The position numbers were made by a program, and so were the translations under genes. From Escherichia coli (GTDB lineage Bacteria; Pseudomonadota; Gammaproteobacteria; Enterobacterales; Enterobacteriaceae), in the NCBI RefSeq assembly GCF_013315695.1, contig NZ_CP054353.1: DNA of 64,000 bases; one strand, written 5' to 3'. This document shows positions 1-14,420 of the stretch, one piece after another. Each line of letters opens with the position of its first letter. The stretch's first letter is position 1. The notes below the pieces were generated by a model. That model was given only the letters and a program-made list of their open reading frames with translations, did not search any database and was not told where the DNA came from.

Positions 1-445
1 CGGATTTAATCTCTACTTGCATGCGTATGGCACCTACGGTTCTGCGAATCGTGTGAATTTCCATGACGATATGTTCCTTTACGGGATCGGCTACAATTTC
101 ACCGGCAGCGGTTGGTGGTTCAAACCGTTCTTTGCAAAACGCTATACAGACCAAACCTATTATACCGGCGATAACGGTTATGTCGCCGGTTGGGTTGCAG
201 GTTACAGCTTTATGCTGGGCAGTGAGAAATTCACCCTCACCAACTGGAACGAGTACGAGTTTGATCGTGATGCCACCTACGCGGCAGGTAATGGCGGCAA
301 AGAAGGTCTGAACGGTGCCGTCGCACTTTGGTGGAATGCAACTTCACACATCACCACAGGGATTCAGTATCGTTATGCGGATGACAAACTGGGCGAAGAT
401 TTTTACCAGGATGCAATAATCTACTCCATCAAATTTAATTTCTGA
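1..445 (+). CDS. yfeN: Outer-membrane beta-barrel protein YfeN, C-terminal part (gene starts upstream of window)
   Basis: Open frame runs from window edge with no stop; translation ends in aromatic-rich ...IKFNF typical of OM beta-barrel C-terminus; position upstream of yfeR matches K-12 order. Confidence 0.65.
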   Translation, partial: GFNLYLHAYGTYGSANRVNFHDDMFLYGIGYNFTGSGWWFKPFFAKRYTDQTYYTGDNGYVAGWVAGYSFMLGSEKFTLTNWNEYEFDRDATYAAGNGGKEGLNGAVALWWNATSHITTGIQYRYADDKLGEDFYQDAIIYSIKFNF

Positions 446-482
446 TTGATTACTGCCGGGGCTCCCGGCAGTATGAATAGCT

Positions 483-1409
483 CTATATCTGATACAGCGG
501 ATCCCCTTCCCGCCCAGCCATTAGCGCACGGCCCTGGCCTCGTACCACGTCCCATAACGCTTGTGCGGCGGTGAAAAGTGAACGGTTCTTCCTGCGCACC
601 AGCATCAACTGGCGTTCCACCACCGGCGTAATGCGCTTTACCACCAGCGGGCTACCTTCAGGCAATGGTAGCGCCAGTGCGGGAAGAATACTGATGCCGA
701 TGCCTGCGGCTACCATCGGGAACAGCGTCGCCGGATGTCCAATCTCCTGCACAATATTCGCCTGAATACCATTGCGCGCCAGAGCTGCGTCAATCAGCGG
801 TCGGCTGCCTGACGCGTAATCCTGCAACACCAATTTCGCTCCCTGTAATGCCTGCCAGGGGACATAATCTTCCGCGGCCAAAGCGCTATCGCGATGGCAA
901 AGCAAGAAGAAAGGCTCGGAAAGAATCGCTTCACATTGCAGATCGCTCACTGAGCCTGGATCGATGACGATGCCAAAATCGACATCTCCCTGGCGAATAC
1001 TTTCCATCACCCACTGCTGCGGACGATCGTGCAGGACAAACTGAATATCTGGATAGCGGCGATGGCTTTCAGCAATGCATTGCGGAATAAGATGCGCGGA
1101 AATGGTCTGGCTGGCAGCGACCCGAACTTTTCCGCTCAGTTGTTGCCCCATACGCCCGGTATCGCGCAACGTGCTGTTAAGTTCATCCAGCAGTCGCTCA
1201 AGACGCAAAGCCAACTGCTGCCCTGCATCTGTAAGCACCACTTCACGCGTGGTTCTGTCCAGCAGGCGAACACCAGTATGATTTTCCAGCTCCTTCACAC
1301 TGTGACTCACTGCCGACTGGCTCAGGCCGATACGCTCTCCTGCACGACTAAAACTTTTCTCCTGCGCTACTGTGACGAAAACCTTTAATTGCTTTAAAGA
1401 ATAATTCAT
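483..1409 (-). CDS. yfeR: LysR-family transcriptional regulator
   Basis: 308-aa ORF; N-terminal HTH ([38 protein letters not shown]) typical of LysR family; divergent from yfeH. Confidence 0.85.
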   Translation of the reverse strand: MNYSLKQLKVFVTVAQEKSFSRAGERIGLSQSAVSHSVKELENHTGVRLLDRTTREVVLTDAGQQLALRLERLLDELNSTLRDTGRMGQQLSGKVRVAASQTISAHLIPQCIAESHRRYPDIQFVLHDRPQQWVMESIRQGDVDFGIVIDPGSVSDLQCEAILSEPFFLLCHRDSALAAEDYVPWQALQGAKLVLQDYASGSRPLIDAALARNGIQANIVQEIGHPATLFPMVAAGIGISILPALALPLPEGSPLVVKRITPVVERQLMLVRRKNRSLFTAAQALWDVVRGQGRALMAGREGDPLYQI

Positions 1410-1498
1410 CTGTTTTCTTCATGAATGGATGCAATAAATCAATTTTATTTCTCAAACTGGAAGAAGCACAATAGAACCATCGATCATCTGGAGTCTTT

Positions 1499-2497
1499 AT
1501 GAAACTTTTTCGTATCCTCGATCCTTTCACCTTAACCCTGATCACGGTGGTGTTGCTGGCCTCTTTCTTTCCGGCCAGAGGCGATTTCGTCCCCTTCTTT
1601 GAAAATCTGACCACTGCAGCTATTGCCCTGCTGTTCTTTATGCACGGCGCGAAGTTGTCGCGTGAGGCGATTATTGCTGGCGGTGGTCATTGGCGACTGC
1701 ATTTGTGGGTAATGTGCAGCACCTTCGTGCTGTTCCCAATTTTGGGCGTGCTGTTTGCCTGGTGGAAACCGGTAAATGTCGACCCGATGCTCTATTCCGG
1801 TTTTCTCTACTTGTGCATTCTTCCTGCTACCGTGCAGTCTGCAATCGCCTTCACGTCAATGGCGGGCGGTAACGTCGCGGCGGCGGTTTGTTCTGCGTCA
1901 GCATCCAGCCTGCTGGGGATTTTCCTTTCACCATTGCTGGTTGGTCTGGTGATGAATGTTCACGGTGCAGGGGGCAGCCTTGAGCAGGTCGGTAAAATTA
2001 TGCTGCAACTGCTGCTGCCGTTTGTGTTGGGGCATCTTTCCCGGCCGTGGATTGGTGACTGGGTGTCGCGCAATAAAAAATGGATTGCGAAAACTGACCA
2101 GACGTCCATTCTGTTGGTGGTTTATACGGCATTCAGCGAAGCCGTCGTTAACGGTATCTGGCACAAAGTTGGCTGGGGATCATTGCTGTTTATCGTGGTG
2201 GTCAGTTGCGTTCTTCTGGCTATCGTGATTGTAGTTAACGTCTTTATGGCACGCCGACTGGGCTTCAATAAGGCAGATGAAATTACTATCGTCTTTTGTG
2301 GTTCGAAAAAGAGTCTGGCAAATGGCATCCCGATGGCAAACATTCTGTTCCCCACATCGGTGATCGGTATGATGGTGCTGCCCCTGATGATTTTTCATCA
2401 GATCCAATTGATGGTCTGTGCGGTGCTGGCGCGTCGATACAAACGCCAGACCGAACAGTTACAGGCGCAGCAGGAAAGCAGCGCCGATAAAGCTTAA
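1499..2497 (+). CDS. yfeH: Bile acid:sodium symporter (BASS) family membrane transporter
   Basis: 332-aa highly hydrophobic ORF; synteny between yfeR and ligA. Confidence 0.8.
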   Translation: MKLFRILDPFTLTLITVVLLASFFPARGDFVPFFENLTTAAIALLFFMHGAKLSREAIIAGGGHWRLHLWVMCSTFVLFPILGVLFAWWKPVNVDPMLYSGFLYLCILPATVQSAIAFTSMAGGNVAAAVCSASASSLLGIFLSPLLVGLVMNVHGAGGSLEQVGKIMLQLLLPFVLGHLSRPWIGDWVSRNKKWIAKTDQTSILLVVYTAFSEAVVNGIWHKVGWGSLLFIVVVSCVLLAIVIVVNVFMARRLGFNKADEITIVFCGSKKSLANGIPMANILFPTSVIGMMVLPLMIFHQIQLMVCAVLARRYKRQTEQLQAQQESSADKA

Positions 2498-2712
2498 AGC
2501 GGACGCTTCAGGGGCTGGACCAGTTGCGTCAGCCCCTCGGTTTTAATCAGCAGCGTGATTTGCATTAGCTCACCGAGCTTCCCTGCCGGGAACTCATCTT
2601 TGCGGGCAAACCACAGCAGATACTCCTCCGGCAGGTCGATTAAGCGACGCCCTTTGTACTTGCCAAACGGCATTATCGTATTGGCTATTTCAATCAGCTG
2701 CTCTTTTTCCAT
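2494..2712 (-). CDS. ypeB: Small conserved protein YpeB (DUF3820)
   Basis: ORF track gives 103 aa; internal ATG at 2712 yields 72-aa product MEKEQLIEIANTIMPFGKYKGRRLIDLPEEYL...; lies immediately downstream of ligA stop. Confidence 0.65.
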   Translation of the reverse strand: MEKEQLIEIANTIMPFGKYKGRRLIDLPEEYLLWFARKDEFPAGKLGELMQITLLIKTEGLTQLVQPLKRPL

Positions 2713-2713
2713 C

Positions 2714-4738
<2,025 letters not shown>

Positions 4739-4744
4739 TCAATG

Positions 4745-4770
4745 CTAAAAACCCCCGACAAGCGGGGGTT
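4745..4770 (-). terminator. Rho-independent terminator-like hairpin between zipA and ligA
   Basis: Minus strand reads CCCCCG-cttgt-CGGGGG followed by TTTTT. Confidence 0.5.
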
Positions 4771-4799
4771 CGAAGAGGAGTTAATTTGCCTTAAGTGTA

Positions 4800-5798
4800 T
4801 CAGGCGTTGGCGTCTTTGACTTCGCGGATGATGTCCTGGTACTCGCGCAATTTCTGCGGAGTCATCATACGGCGCTGATCGTCAAGCACTACACCGCCCA
4901 CTTCATCGGCAATATGCTGCGCAGATTGCAGCATCAGCTTGAAGTTCTGCAGCTCGTCACCGTAAGACGGTACCTGCATAAAGATAGTGACACCCGGAGT
5001 AGTGAAATCCTTCATTTCAGGATCAAAGGTTCCCGGTTTCACCATATTCGCCAGGCTAAATAACGCCGGGCCGCTGCCATCCGGGCTAAGATGACGATGG
5101 TAAATATTCATATCGCCAAAAATGAAGCCCGCTTGTTGAATGCTGTTAAGAAGCAGTTCACCGTTTAGCTCGCTACCGTGATGCGCCGCGACGTTCATGA
5201 TAATCACCGCTTCTTTGCGCTTCGGTTTATCCATAACTGGAGCCGGTTCCGCTACAGGCTCAGGCTGTGGTGCCGCTACAGGCTCTGCAGGCTGGAAAGC
5301 CTGTTGTGCCGGTTGCGGTGCTGAATGCACTGGCTGCGGCGCTGATGCGACCTGTGGCGAAACTGGCTGCTGCAACGGCTGTTCAGGCTGCGGCTGATAG
5401 GCAGGCTGCTGCACGGGTTGCTGCACCGGCTGCGCTGGACGCGGAGCATGTTGCGGCGGTACCTGAGCTTCAGGCGGCTGCTGGACCGGTTGACGCGGCT
5501 GCGCAGACGCATAAGGCGGTTGGTACTGGTGTTGCGGCGACGGACGAGCAGCCTCATGCTCCTGGGCGTTAGCCGGGGCATGATTCACGCGGTGAACTCG
5601 AACCTCACCAACGCCCTCATCATCTTCGACATCCTCGTCATAAGAATCGTCGTCACGTTTTGACTTCATTCGTTTTAATGGCCGATCGCGGAACATAGAA
5701 GATCGTTCTTTACGGCTGGTCCAGAAACCATGTACCAGTAAAGCGATTATGGCGATCGCGCCAACAATGATTAATATCAGACGCAAATCCTGCATCAT
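4800..5798 (-). CDS. zipA: Cell division protein ZipA (FtsZ membrane anchor)
   Basis: Product begins [25 protein letters not shown] (N-terminal TM anchor) at tandem ATG at 5798; long P/Q-rich linker; ORF track start at 5849 is an upstream extension. Confidence 0.93.
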
Positions 5799-6027
5799 TA
5801 TATTCTCTGTTGTTCTAACACCTTGCCACCACGGCAAACATTTACTCACTAAGAGTATTTGCCGATTACCTCAAGTGCAAGTGCACTATTAACTTTCACA
5901 GCACAAAGATAGATGAAATCGTGCTTTTTGCTGTTTTTTCGAACATATCCTAACTGTCCATTGCGCAATTACCCGGTAAAATACGCAGAATTTTCCTGGG
6001 ATTGGTCAAAAGGAGCTCATCCTGATT

Positions 6028-6789
6028 ATGGTTTCATCATTCACATCTGCCCCACGCAGCGGTTTTTACTATTTTGCGCAAGGCTGGAAGCTCGTCTCGC
6101 AACCTGGGATTCGGCGTTTCGTTATTTTACCGCTGCTGGTCAATATTTTGTTGATGGGGGGCGCATTCTGGTGGCTATTTACGCAGCTCGATGTCTGGAT
6201 CCCGACGCTCATGAGTTATGTTCCGGACTGGTTACAATGGCTGAGCTATCTGTTGTGGCCTCTGGCAGTCATCTCCGTGCTGTTAGTGTTTGGCTATTTC
6301 TTCTCAACGATTGCTAACTGGATTGCCGCTCCGTTCAACGGTTTATTGGCTGAACAACTGGAAGCAAGATTGACTGGCGCTACACCGCCAGATACCGGGA
6401 TTTTCGGTATCATGAAAGATGTGCCGCGAATCATGAAACGCGAATGGCAAAAATTTGCCTGGTATCTGCCGCGCGCAATTGTATTGCTAATTCTTTACTT
6501 CATCCCTGGTATTGGGCAAACCGTCGCGCCGGTACTATGGTTCCTGTTTAGCGCCTGGATGTTAGCCATCCAGTATTGCGATTACCCCTTCGATAACCAC
6601 AAAGTGCCGTTTAAAGAGATGCGCACCGCCCTGCGCACACGCAAAATCACCAATATGCAGTTTGGTGCTTTAACCAGCCTGTTTACGATGATCCCGCTGC
6701 TTAATCTGTTCATTATGCCCGTTGCCGTTTGTGGCGCGACGGCGATGTGGGTCGATTGCTATCGCGATAAACACGCCATGTGGCGGTAA
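6028..6789 (+). CDS. cysZ: Sulfate transporter CysZ
   Basis: 253-aa multi-TM ORF; upstream of cysK as in cys regulon. Confidence 0.9.
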
Positions 6790-6973
6790 CAATCTACCGG
6801 TTATTTTGTAAACCGTTTGTATGAAACAGGGGTGGCTTATGCCGCCCCTTATTCCATCTTGCATGTCATTATTTCCCTTCTGCATATAGATATGCTAAAT
6901 CCTTACTTCCGCATATTCTCTGAGCGGGTATGCTACCTGTTGTATCCCAATTTCATACAGTTAAGGACAGGCC

Positions 6974-7945
6974 ATGAGTAAGATTTTTGAAGATAACTCG
7001 CTGACTATCGGTCACACGCCGCTGGTTCGCCTGAATCGCATCGGTAACGGACGCATTCTGGCGAAGGTGGAATCTCGTAACCCCAGCTTCAGCGTTAAGT
7101 GCCGTATCGGTGCCAACATGATTTGGGATGCCGAAAAGCGCGGCGTGCTGAAACCAGGCGTTGAACTGGTTGAACCAACCAGCGGTAATACCGGGATTGC
7201 ACTGGCCTATGTCGCTGCCGCTCGCGGTTACAAACTTACCCTGACCATGCCAGAAACCATGAGTATTGAACGCCGCAAGCTGCTGAAAGCGTTAGGTGCA
7301 AACCTGGTGCTGACCGAAGGTGCTAAAGGCATGAAAGGCGCAATCCAAAAAGCAGAAGAAATTGTCGCCAGCAATCCAGAGAAATACCTGCTGCTGCAAC
7401 AATTCAGCAATCCGGCAAACCCTGAAATTCACGAAAAAACCACCGGTCCGGAGATCTGGGAAGATACCGACGGTCAGGTTGATGTATTTATTGCTGGCGT
7501 TGGGACTGGCGGTACGCTGACTGGCGTCAGCCGCTACATTAAAGGCACCAAAGGCAAGACCGATCTTATCTCTGTCGCCGTTGAGCCAACCGATTCTCCA
7601 GTTATCGCCCAGGCGCTGGCAGGTGAAGAGATTAAACCTGGCCCGCATAAAATTCAGGGTATTGGCGCTGGTTTTATCCCGGCTAACCTCGATCTCAAGC
7701 TGGTCGACAAAGTCATTGGCATCACCAATGAAGAAGCCATTTCTACCGCACGTCGTCTGATGGAAGAAGAAGGTATTCTTGCTGGTATCTCTTCTGGAGC
7801 AGCTGTTGCCGCGGCGTTGAAACTACAAGAAGATGAAAGCTTTACCAACAAGAATATTGTGGTTATTCTACCATCATCGGGTGAGCGTTATTTAAGCACC
7901 GCATTGTTTGCCGATCTCTTCACTGAGAAAGAACTGCAACAGTAA
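6974..7945 (+). CDS. cysK: Cysteine synthase A (O-acetylserine sulfhydrylase A)
   Basis: 323-aa ORF with PLP-binding lysine motif (SFSVKCRIG) and glycine-rich loop GVGTGGT. Confidence 0.97.
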   Translation: MSKIFEDNSLTIGHTPLVRLNRIGNGRILAKVESRNPSFSVKCRIGANMIWDAEKRGVLKPGVELVEPTSGNTGIALAYVAAARGYKLTLTMPETMSIERRKLLKALGANLVLTEGAKGMKGAIQKAEEIVASNPEKYLLLQQFSNPANPEIHEKTTGPEIWEDTDGQVDVFIAGVGTGGTLTGVSRYIKGTKGKTDLISVAVEPTDSPVIAQALAGEEIKPGPHKIQGIGAGFIPANLDLKLVDKVIGITNEEAISTARRLMEEEGILAGISSGAAVAAALKLQEDESFTNKNIVVILPSSGERYLSTALFADLFTEKELQQ

Positions 7946-7969
7946 TGCCAGCTTGTTAAAAATGCGTAA

Positions 7970-7996
7970 AAAAGCACCTTTTCAGGTGCTTTTTTG
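7970..7996 (+). terminator. Rho-independent terminator after cysK
   Basis: AGCACCT-tttc-AGGTGCT stem followed by TTTTT. Confidence 0.55.
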
Positions 7997-8328
7997 TGGC
8001 CTGCTTCAAACTTTCGCCCCTCCTGGCATTGATTCAGCCTGTCGGAACTGGTATTTAACCAGACTAATTATTTTGATGCGCGAAATTAATCGTTACAGGA
8101 AAAGCCAAAGCTGAATCGATTTTATGATTTGGTTCAATTCTTCCTTTAGCGGCATAATGTTTAATGACGTACGAAACGTCAGCGGTCAACACCCGCCAGC
8201 AATGGACTGTATTGCGCTCTTCGTGCGTCGCGTCTGTTAAAAACTGGCGCTAACAATACAGGCTAAAGTCGAACCGCCAGGCTAGACTTTAGTTCCACAA
8301 CACTAAACCTATAAGTTGGGGAAATACA

Positions 8329-8586
8329 ATGTTCCAGCAAGAAGTTACCATTACCGCTCCGAACGGTCTGCACACCCGCCCTGCTGCCCAGTTTGTAAAA
8401 GAAGCTAAGGGCTTCACTTCTGAAATTACTGTGACTTCCAACGGCAAAAGCGCCAGCGCGAAAAGCCTGTTTAAACTGCAGACTCTGGGCCTGACTCAAG
8501 GTACCGTTGTGACTATCTCCGCAGAAGGCGAAGACGAGCAGAAAGCGGTTGAACATCTGGTTAAACTGATGGCGGAACTCGAGTAA
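8329..8586 (+). CDS. ptsH: Phosphocarrier protein HPr
   Basis: 85-aa [26 protein letters not shown]... with active-site His15 context. Confidence 0.97.
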
Positions 8587-8630
8587 TTTCCCGGGTTCTT
8601 TTAAAAATCAGTCACAAGTAAGGTAGGGTT

Positions 8631-10358
8631 ATGATTTCAGGCATTTTAGCATCCCCGGGTATCGCTTTCGGTAAAGCTCTGCTTCTGAAAGAAGACGAAA
8701 TTGTCATTGACCGGAAAAAAATTTCTGCCGACCAGGTTGATCAGGAAGTTGAACGTTTTCTGAGCGGTCGTGCCAAGGCATCAGCCCAGCTGGAAACGAT
8801 CAAAACGAAAGCTGGTGAAACGTTCGGTGAAGAAAAAGAAGCCATCTTTGAAGGGCATATTATGCTGCTCGAAGATGAGGAGCTGGAGCAGGAAATCATA
8901 GCCCTGATTAAAGATAAGCACATGACAGCTGACGCAGCTGCTCATGAAGTTATCGAAGGTCAGGCTTCTGCCTTGGAAGAGCTGGATGATGAATACCTGA
9001 AAGAACGTGCGGCTGACGTACGTGATATCGGTAAGCGCCTGCTGCGCAACATCCTGGGCCTGAAGATTATCGACCTGAGCGCCATTCAGGATGAAGTCAT
9101 TCTGGTTGCCGCTGACCTGACGCCGTCCGAAACCGCACAGCTGAACCTGAAGAAGGTGCTGGGTTTCATCACCGACGCGGGTGGCCGTACTTCCCACACC
9201 TCTATCATGGCGCGTTCTCTGGAACTGCCTGCTATCGTGGGTACCGGTAGCGTCACCTCTCAGGTGAAAAATGACGACTATCTGATTCTGGATGCCGTAA
9301 ATAATCAGGTTTACGTCAATCCAACCAACGAAGTTATTGATAAAATGCGCGCTGTTCAGGAGCAAGTGGCTTCTGAAAAAGCAGAGCTTGCTAAACTGAA
9401 AGATCTGCCAGCTATTACGCTGGACGGTCACCAGGTAGAAGTGTGCGCTAACATTGGTACGGTTCGTGACGTTGAAGGTGCAGAGCGTAACGGCGCTGAA
9501 GGCGTTGGTCTGTATCGTACTGAGTTCCTGTTCATGGACCGCGACGCGCTGCCCACTGAAGAAGAACAGTTTGCTGCTTACAAAGCAGTGGCTGAAGCGT
9601 GTGGCTCGCAGGCGGTTATCGTTCGTACCATGGACATCGGCGGCGACAAAGAGCTGCCATACATGAACTTCCCGAAAGAAGAGAACCCGTTCCTCGGCTG
9701 GCGCGCTATCCGTATCGCGATGGATCGTAAAGAGATCCTGCGCGATCAGCTCCGCGCTATCCTGCGTGCCTCGGCTTTCGGTAAATTGCGCATTATGTTC
9801 CCGATGATCATCTCTGTTGAAGAAGTGCGTGCACTGCGCAAAGAGATCGAAATCTACAAACAGGAACTGCGCGACGAAGGTAAAGCGTTTGACGAGTCAA
9901 TTGAAATCGGCGTAATGGTGGAAACACCGGCTGCCGCAACAATTGCACGTCATTTAGCCAAAGAAGTTGATTTCTTTAGTATCGGCACCAATGATTTAAC
10001 GCAGTACACTCTGGCAGTTGACCGTGGTAATGATATGATTTCACACCTTTACCAGCCAATGTCACCGTCCGTGCTGAACTTGATCAAGCAAGTTATTGAT
10101 GCTTCTCATGCTGAAGGCAAATGGACTGGCATGTGTGGTGAGCTTGCTGGCGATGAACGTGCTACACTTCTGTTGCTGGGGATGGGTCTGGACGAATTCT
10201 CTATGAGCGCCATTTCTATCCCGCGCATTAAGAAGATTATCCGTAACACGAACTTCGAAGATGCGAAGGTGTTAGCAGAGCAGGCTCTTGCTCAACCGAC
10301 AACGGACGAGTTAATGACGCTGGTTAACAAGTTCATTGAAGAAAAAACAATCTGCTAA
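8631..10358 (+). CDS. ptsI: PTS Enzyme I (phosphoenolpyruvate-protein phosphotransferase)
   Basis: 575-aa ORF; operon context ptsH-ptsI-crr. Confidence 0.97.
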   Translation: MISGILASPGIAFGKALLLKEDEIVIDRKKISADQVDQEVERFLSGRAKASAQLETIKTKAGETFGEEKEAIFEGHIMLLEDEELEQEIIALIKDKHMTADAAAHEVIEGQASALEELDDEYLKERAADVRDIGKRLLRNILGLKIIDLSAIQDEVILVAADLTPSETAQLNLKKVLGFITDAGGRTSHTSIMARSLELPAIVGTGSVTSQVKNDDYLILDAVNNQVYVNPTNEVIDKMRAVQEQVASEKAELAKLKDLPAITLDGHQVEVCANIGTVRDVEGAERNGAEGVGLYRTEFLFMDRDALPTEEEQFAAYKAVAEACGSQAVIVRTMDIGGDKELPYMNFPKEENPFLGWRAIRIAMDRKEILRDQLRAILRASAFGKLRIMFPMIISVEEVRALRKEIEIYKQELRDEGKAFDESIEIGVMVETPAAATIARHLAKEVDFFSIGTNDLTQYTLAVDRGNDMISHLYQPMSPSVLNLIKQVIDASHAEGKWTGMCGELAGDERATLLLLGMGLDEFSMSAISIPRIKKIIRNTNFEDAKVLAEQALAQPTTDELMTLVNKFIEEKTIC

Positions 10359-10398
10359 TCCACGAGATGCGGCCCAATTTACTGCTTAGGAGAAGATC

Positions 10399-10908
10399 AT
10401 GGGTTTGTTCGATAAACTGAAATCTCTGGTTTCCGACGACAAGAAGGATACCGGAACTATTGAGATCATTGCTCCGCTCTCTGGCGAGATCGTCAATATC
10501 GAAGACGTGCCGGATGTCGTTTTTGCGGAAAAAATCGTTGGTGATGGCATTGCTATCAAACCAACGGGTAACAAAATGGTCGCGCCTGTAGACGGCACCA
10601 TTGGTAAAATCTTTGAAACCAACCACGCGTTCTCTATCGAATCTGATAGCGGCGTTGAATTGTTCGTCCACTTCGGTATCGACACCGTTGAACTGAAAGG
10701 CGAAGGCTTCAAGCGTATTGCTGAAGAAGGTCAGCGCGTGAAAGTTGGCGATACCGTGATTGAATTCGATCTGCCGCTGCTGGAAGAGAAAGCCAAGTCT
10801 ACCCTGACTCCGGTTGTTATCTCCAACATGGACGAAATCAAAGAACTGATCAAACTGTCCGGTAGCGTAACCGTGGGTGAAACCCCGGTTATCCGCATCA
10901 AGAAGTAA
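10399..10908 (+). CDS. crr: Glucose-specific PTS EIIA component (EIIA-Glc)
   Basis: 169-aa [42 protein letters not shown]... Confidence 0.97.
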
Positions 10909-10922
10909 TTCTTGCCGCAGTG

Positions 10923-10952
10923 AAAAATGGCGCCCATCGGCGCCATTTTTTT
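10923..10952. terminator. Bidirectional rho-independent terminator between crr and pdxK
   Basis: AAAAATGGCGCC-catc-GGCGCCATTTTTTT; the A/T runs on both sides allow termination from either direction. Confidence 0.6.
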
Positions 10953-11802
10953 ATGCTTCAGCCAGAGGCGGCAAAATCAATTCATCGCTCTCATGCTGCT
11001 GGGTATAGCGCATCACTTCCAGTACGCGCAACCCCGCGCGGTGCACCGCATCGTTTAACGCCTTCCCTTTCAGCAAACCACTGATAAGCTGAGCACAAAA
11101 CAGGTCGCCAGTCCCTTTCAGGTCGGTTTTTACCCGTGAATGGGAAATGACATTCACGCTGTCGGCACTCACCACCACCACCTGCATCTCCTGATTTTCT
11201 TCATTGCCGGAGGCGCTGGTAATCACCACCCATTTTAATGTGTCTGAAAGCAGACTTTTTGCGGCAGCAATGGCACTGTCGAGATCGCGGCAATCTTTAC
11301 CGGTCAGGATTTCCAGCTCAAAGATATTGGGGGTAATTCCCTGTGCCAGCGGCAGTAAATATTGTCGATACGCCTCGGGAAGGTCAGGTTTGACATAAAT
11401 TCCGCTATCAATATCGCCAATCACCGGATCGACCATGATCAATAGGTCAGGATGGTCTTTGCGTAGCGCAGTCAGCCACTCGGCAAGGATTTTGATTTGC
11501 GATGCCGTTCCCATATAGCCCGTGGTTACAGCACGAAGTTGGCGCAGCGCATCACGCTCCTGAAGCGCACGCAAATAACCGCTAAACCATTCATCCGGAA
11601 TCGCACCACCGTAGAAAGTGTCATAATGCGGCGTATTGCTCAGCAATACCGTCGGCACGGCAAAGACATTCAGGCCGTTCTGTTTGATAGCAGGCACCGC
11701 AATGCTGTTGCCTACGCTGCCGTACACTACCTGCGACTGCACGGCAACGATATCCGCCTGCAGTGCCCTGCTCTTATCGTTAAACAACAACAAACTACTC
11801 AT
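10951..11802 (-). CDS. pdxK: Pyridoxal/pyridoxine/pyridoxamine kinase
   Basis: 283-aa ribokinase-fold ORF; synteny after crr. Confidence 0.92.
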   Translation of the reverse strand: MSSLLLFNDKSRALQADIVAVQSQVVYGSVGNSIAVPAIKQNGLNVFAVPTVLLSNTPHYDTFYGGAIPDEWFSGYLRALQERDALRQLRAVTTGYMGTASQIKILAEWLTALRKDHPDLLIMVDPVIGDIDSGIYVKPDLPEAYRQYLLPLAQGITPNIFELEILTGKDCRDLDSAIAAAKSLLSDTLKWVVITSASGNEENQEMQVVVVSADSVNVISHSRVKTDLKGTGDLFCAQLISGLLKGKALNDAVHRAGLRVLEVMRYTQQHESDELILPPLAEA

Positions 11803-11815
11803 TTAATTTTTTCTC

Positions 11816-11881
<66 letters not shown>

Positions 11882-11882
11882 C

Positions 11883-12275
<393 letters not shown>

Positions 12276-12277
12276 TC

Positions 12278-13189
12278 TTAAATCCCCGCCCCCTGGCTAA
12301 AATGCTCTTCCCCAAACACCCCGGTAGAAAGGTAGCGATCGCCACGATCGCAGATGATCGCCACCACCACCGCGCCAGGGTTAGCTTTTGCCACCCGCAG
12401 TGCTCCGGCAACCGCGCCGCCGGAGCTGACGCCACAGAATATTCCTTCCCGCGCCGCCAGTTCGCGCATAGTGTTTTCCGCATCGCGCTGATGAATATCC
12501 AGCACCTCATCCACCAGAGAAGCGTTGAAAATCCCCGGCAGATATTCCGCAGGCCAGCGGCGAATGCCTGGAATACTGCTGCCTTCTTCCGGCTGCAGGC
12601 CAACAATCGTCACCGGTTTGGATTGTTCGCGCATAAAGCGTGACACGCCGGTGATAGTGCCGGTTGTTCCCATGCTGGAGACAAAATGGGTAATGCGCCC
12701 GCCGGTTTGCTGCCAGATTTCCGGTCCGGTAGTGGTGTAATGGGCGTAAGGGTTATCGGGATTATTGAACTGATCGAGCAGCTTTCCTTCACCACGATTG
12801 GCCATCTCCAGCGCCAGATCGCGCGCACCTTCCATGCCCTGCTCTTTGGTGACCAGAATCAGTTCCGCACCGTAGGCACGCATTGCCGCACGGCGTTCCT
12901 GGCTCATGTTGTCGGGCATCAGCAATTTCATGCGATAGCCTTTAAGCGCGGCAATCATTGCCAGCGCAATGCCGGTGTTACCACTGGTGGCTTCGATCAG
13001 CACGTCACCCGGTTTAATTTCCCCGCGCTTTTCCGCCTCGACGATCATCGAAAGTGCCGCACGATCTTTTACCGAACCTGCCGGGTTATTGCCTTCCAGT
13101 TTCAACCAGACTTCACTGCCGTTATTCGGCCCCATTCGCTGCAACTTCACCAGAGGCGTATTGCCAATTGTTTGTTCTAATGTACTCAC
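12278..13189 (-). CDS. cysM: Cysteine synthase B (O-acetylserine sulfhydrylase B)
   Basis: Product from GTG at 13189 begins (V/M)STLEQTIGNTPLVKLQRMG..., 303 aa; ORF track start at 13267 is an upstream extension; first gene of cysM-A-W-U-P block. Confidence 0.92.
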   Translation of the reverse strand: MSTLEQTIGNTPLVKLQRMGPNNGSEVWLKLEGNNPAGSVKDRAALSMIVEAEKRGEIKPGDVLIEATSGNTGIALAMIAALKGYRMKLLMPDNMSQERRAAMRAYGAELILVTKEQGMEGARDLALEMANRGEGKLLDQFNNPDNPYAHYTTTGPEIWQQTGGRITHFVSSMGTTGTITGVSRFMREQSKPVTIVGLQPEEGSSIPGIRRWPAEYLPGIFNASLVDEVLDIHQRDAENTMRELAAREGIFCGVSSGGAVAGALRVAKANPGAVVVAIICDRGDRYLSTGVFGEEHFSQGAGI

Positions 13190-13212
13190 GATCTCTGTCC
13201 ATACGTGGTGTT

Positions 13213-13248
13213 GCCTGATGCGACGCTTGCGCGTCTTATCAGGCCTAC
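13213..13248. repeat. REP (repetitive extragenic palindromic) element
   Basis: GCCTGATGCGACGCTTGCGCGTCTTATCAGGCCTAC, canonical REP palindrome between cysM start and cysA end. Confidence 0.55.
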
Positions 13249-13322
13249 AGGTTACAAACCTTGCCATTAAAAAGCCCGGATCGCGGGAAGCGCCTCCGGG
13301 CGTTTAACATTCACTCAACCTA

Positions 13323-14420
13323 TCAGGCGCTTTGTGCGAGAGCAAGTTCCTCATCGCGGGTTTCAATACGCTCGTCGCCGTTATACAGCCGCGCATGTTG
13401 CAGACCAACGAATAAACGCTCGCCACGCTGCGGGGCATCGTCGCCATGCATCACAACCGTCAGCGCTTCGTTGTACCACCCCAGCGGCTGCACGACTAAT
13501 TGGGTGTAGTGGCCTTTCGGGCTGGCTTCCAGTACCTGTACCGGCAGCGGCGAATCGAGGCTGGTACGGCGGCTGATATCCACTTCCCACGGACGCAGGA
13601 AGAGATCCACTGGCCCCTGATACGCAGGTGTATAGCCCAGCGGCCAGCGATGTGCGCCAACATGGAACTGCCCGCCGCGAATGGTTCCCTGCAGGCGGTT
13701 CACTTCGCCCATAAATTCGAGTACAAAACGGGTCGCTGGTTCGCGCCATACCTGGTCCGGTGCATCAGCCTGCTCGATATTGCCCTGGCTCATCACCACC
13801 ACACGATCGGCTACTTCGGTCGCTTCTTCCTGATCATGGGTCACAAACACGCTGGTGAATTTCAGCTCTTCATGTAACTGACGCAGCCAGCGACGCAACT
13901 CTTTACGCACCTGCGCATCCAGCGCGCCAAACGGTTCATCAAGCAGCAGAATTTGCGGTTCTACAGCCAGCGCGCGCGCCAGTGCCACACGCTGTTTCTG
14001 GCCGCCGGAAAGCTGTGCTGGATAACGATCCGCCAGATGCGCAAGCTGCACCATCTCCAGCAAGTTTGTCACTTTCGCTTTGATAGCTGCGGCATTCGGG
14101 CGCTCGCGACGCGGCAGCACCGTCAGGCCGAAAGCGATATTGTCGAACACCGTCATATGGCGGAACAGCGCGTAATGCTGAAACACGAAACCGACTTTAC
14201 GATCGCGCGCATGCAGGCGGCTGACGTCGGTGCCGTGGAAGCGAATATGCCCGCTGGTTTGATGCTCCAGCCCGGCGATAATTCGCAGCAGCGTGGTTTT
14301 CCCGGAACCGGACGGCCCCAGCAACGCGACCATCTGACCAGAAGGAATATCCAGTGAGATATCGTTCAGCACCTGGGTGCGACCAAAAGACTTCTTAATA
14401 TTGGCAATCTCAATGCTCAT
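13323..14420 (-). CDS. cysA: Sulfate/thiosulfate ABC transporter ATP-binding subunit
   Basis: 365-aa ORF with Walker [13 protein letters not shown] signature LSGGQKQR, Walker B ILLLDEP. Confidence 0.95.
   Translation of the reverse strand: MSIEIANIKKSFGRTQVLNDISLDIPSGQMVALLGPSGSGKTTLLRIIAGLEHQTSGHIRFHGTDVSRLHARDRKVGFVFQHYALFRHMTVFDNIAFGLTVLPRRERPNAAAIKAKVTNLLEMVQLAHLADRYPAQLSGGQKQRVALARALAVEPQILLLDEPFGALDAQVRKELRRWLRQLHEELKFTSVFVTHDQEEATEVADRVVVMSQGNIEQADAPDQVWREPATRFVLEFMGEVNRLQGTIRGGQFHVGAHRWPLGYTPAYQGPVDLFLRPWEVDISRRTSLDSPLPVQVLEASPKGHYTQLVVQPLGWYNEALTVVMHGDDAPQRGERLFVGLQHARLYNGDERIETRDEELALAQSA

Noticed and set aside
5267-5581. Overlapping 101-aa ORFs on both strands inside zipA
   Set aside because: Generated by the repetitive P/Q-rich linker-coding DNA of zipA; frame artifacts
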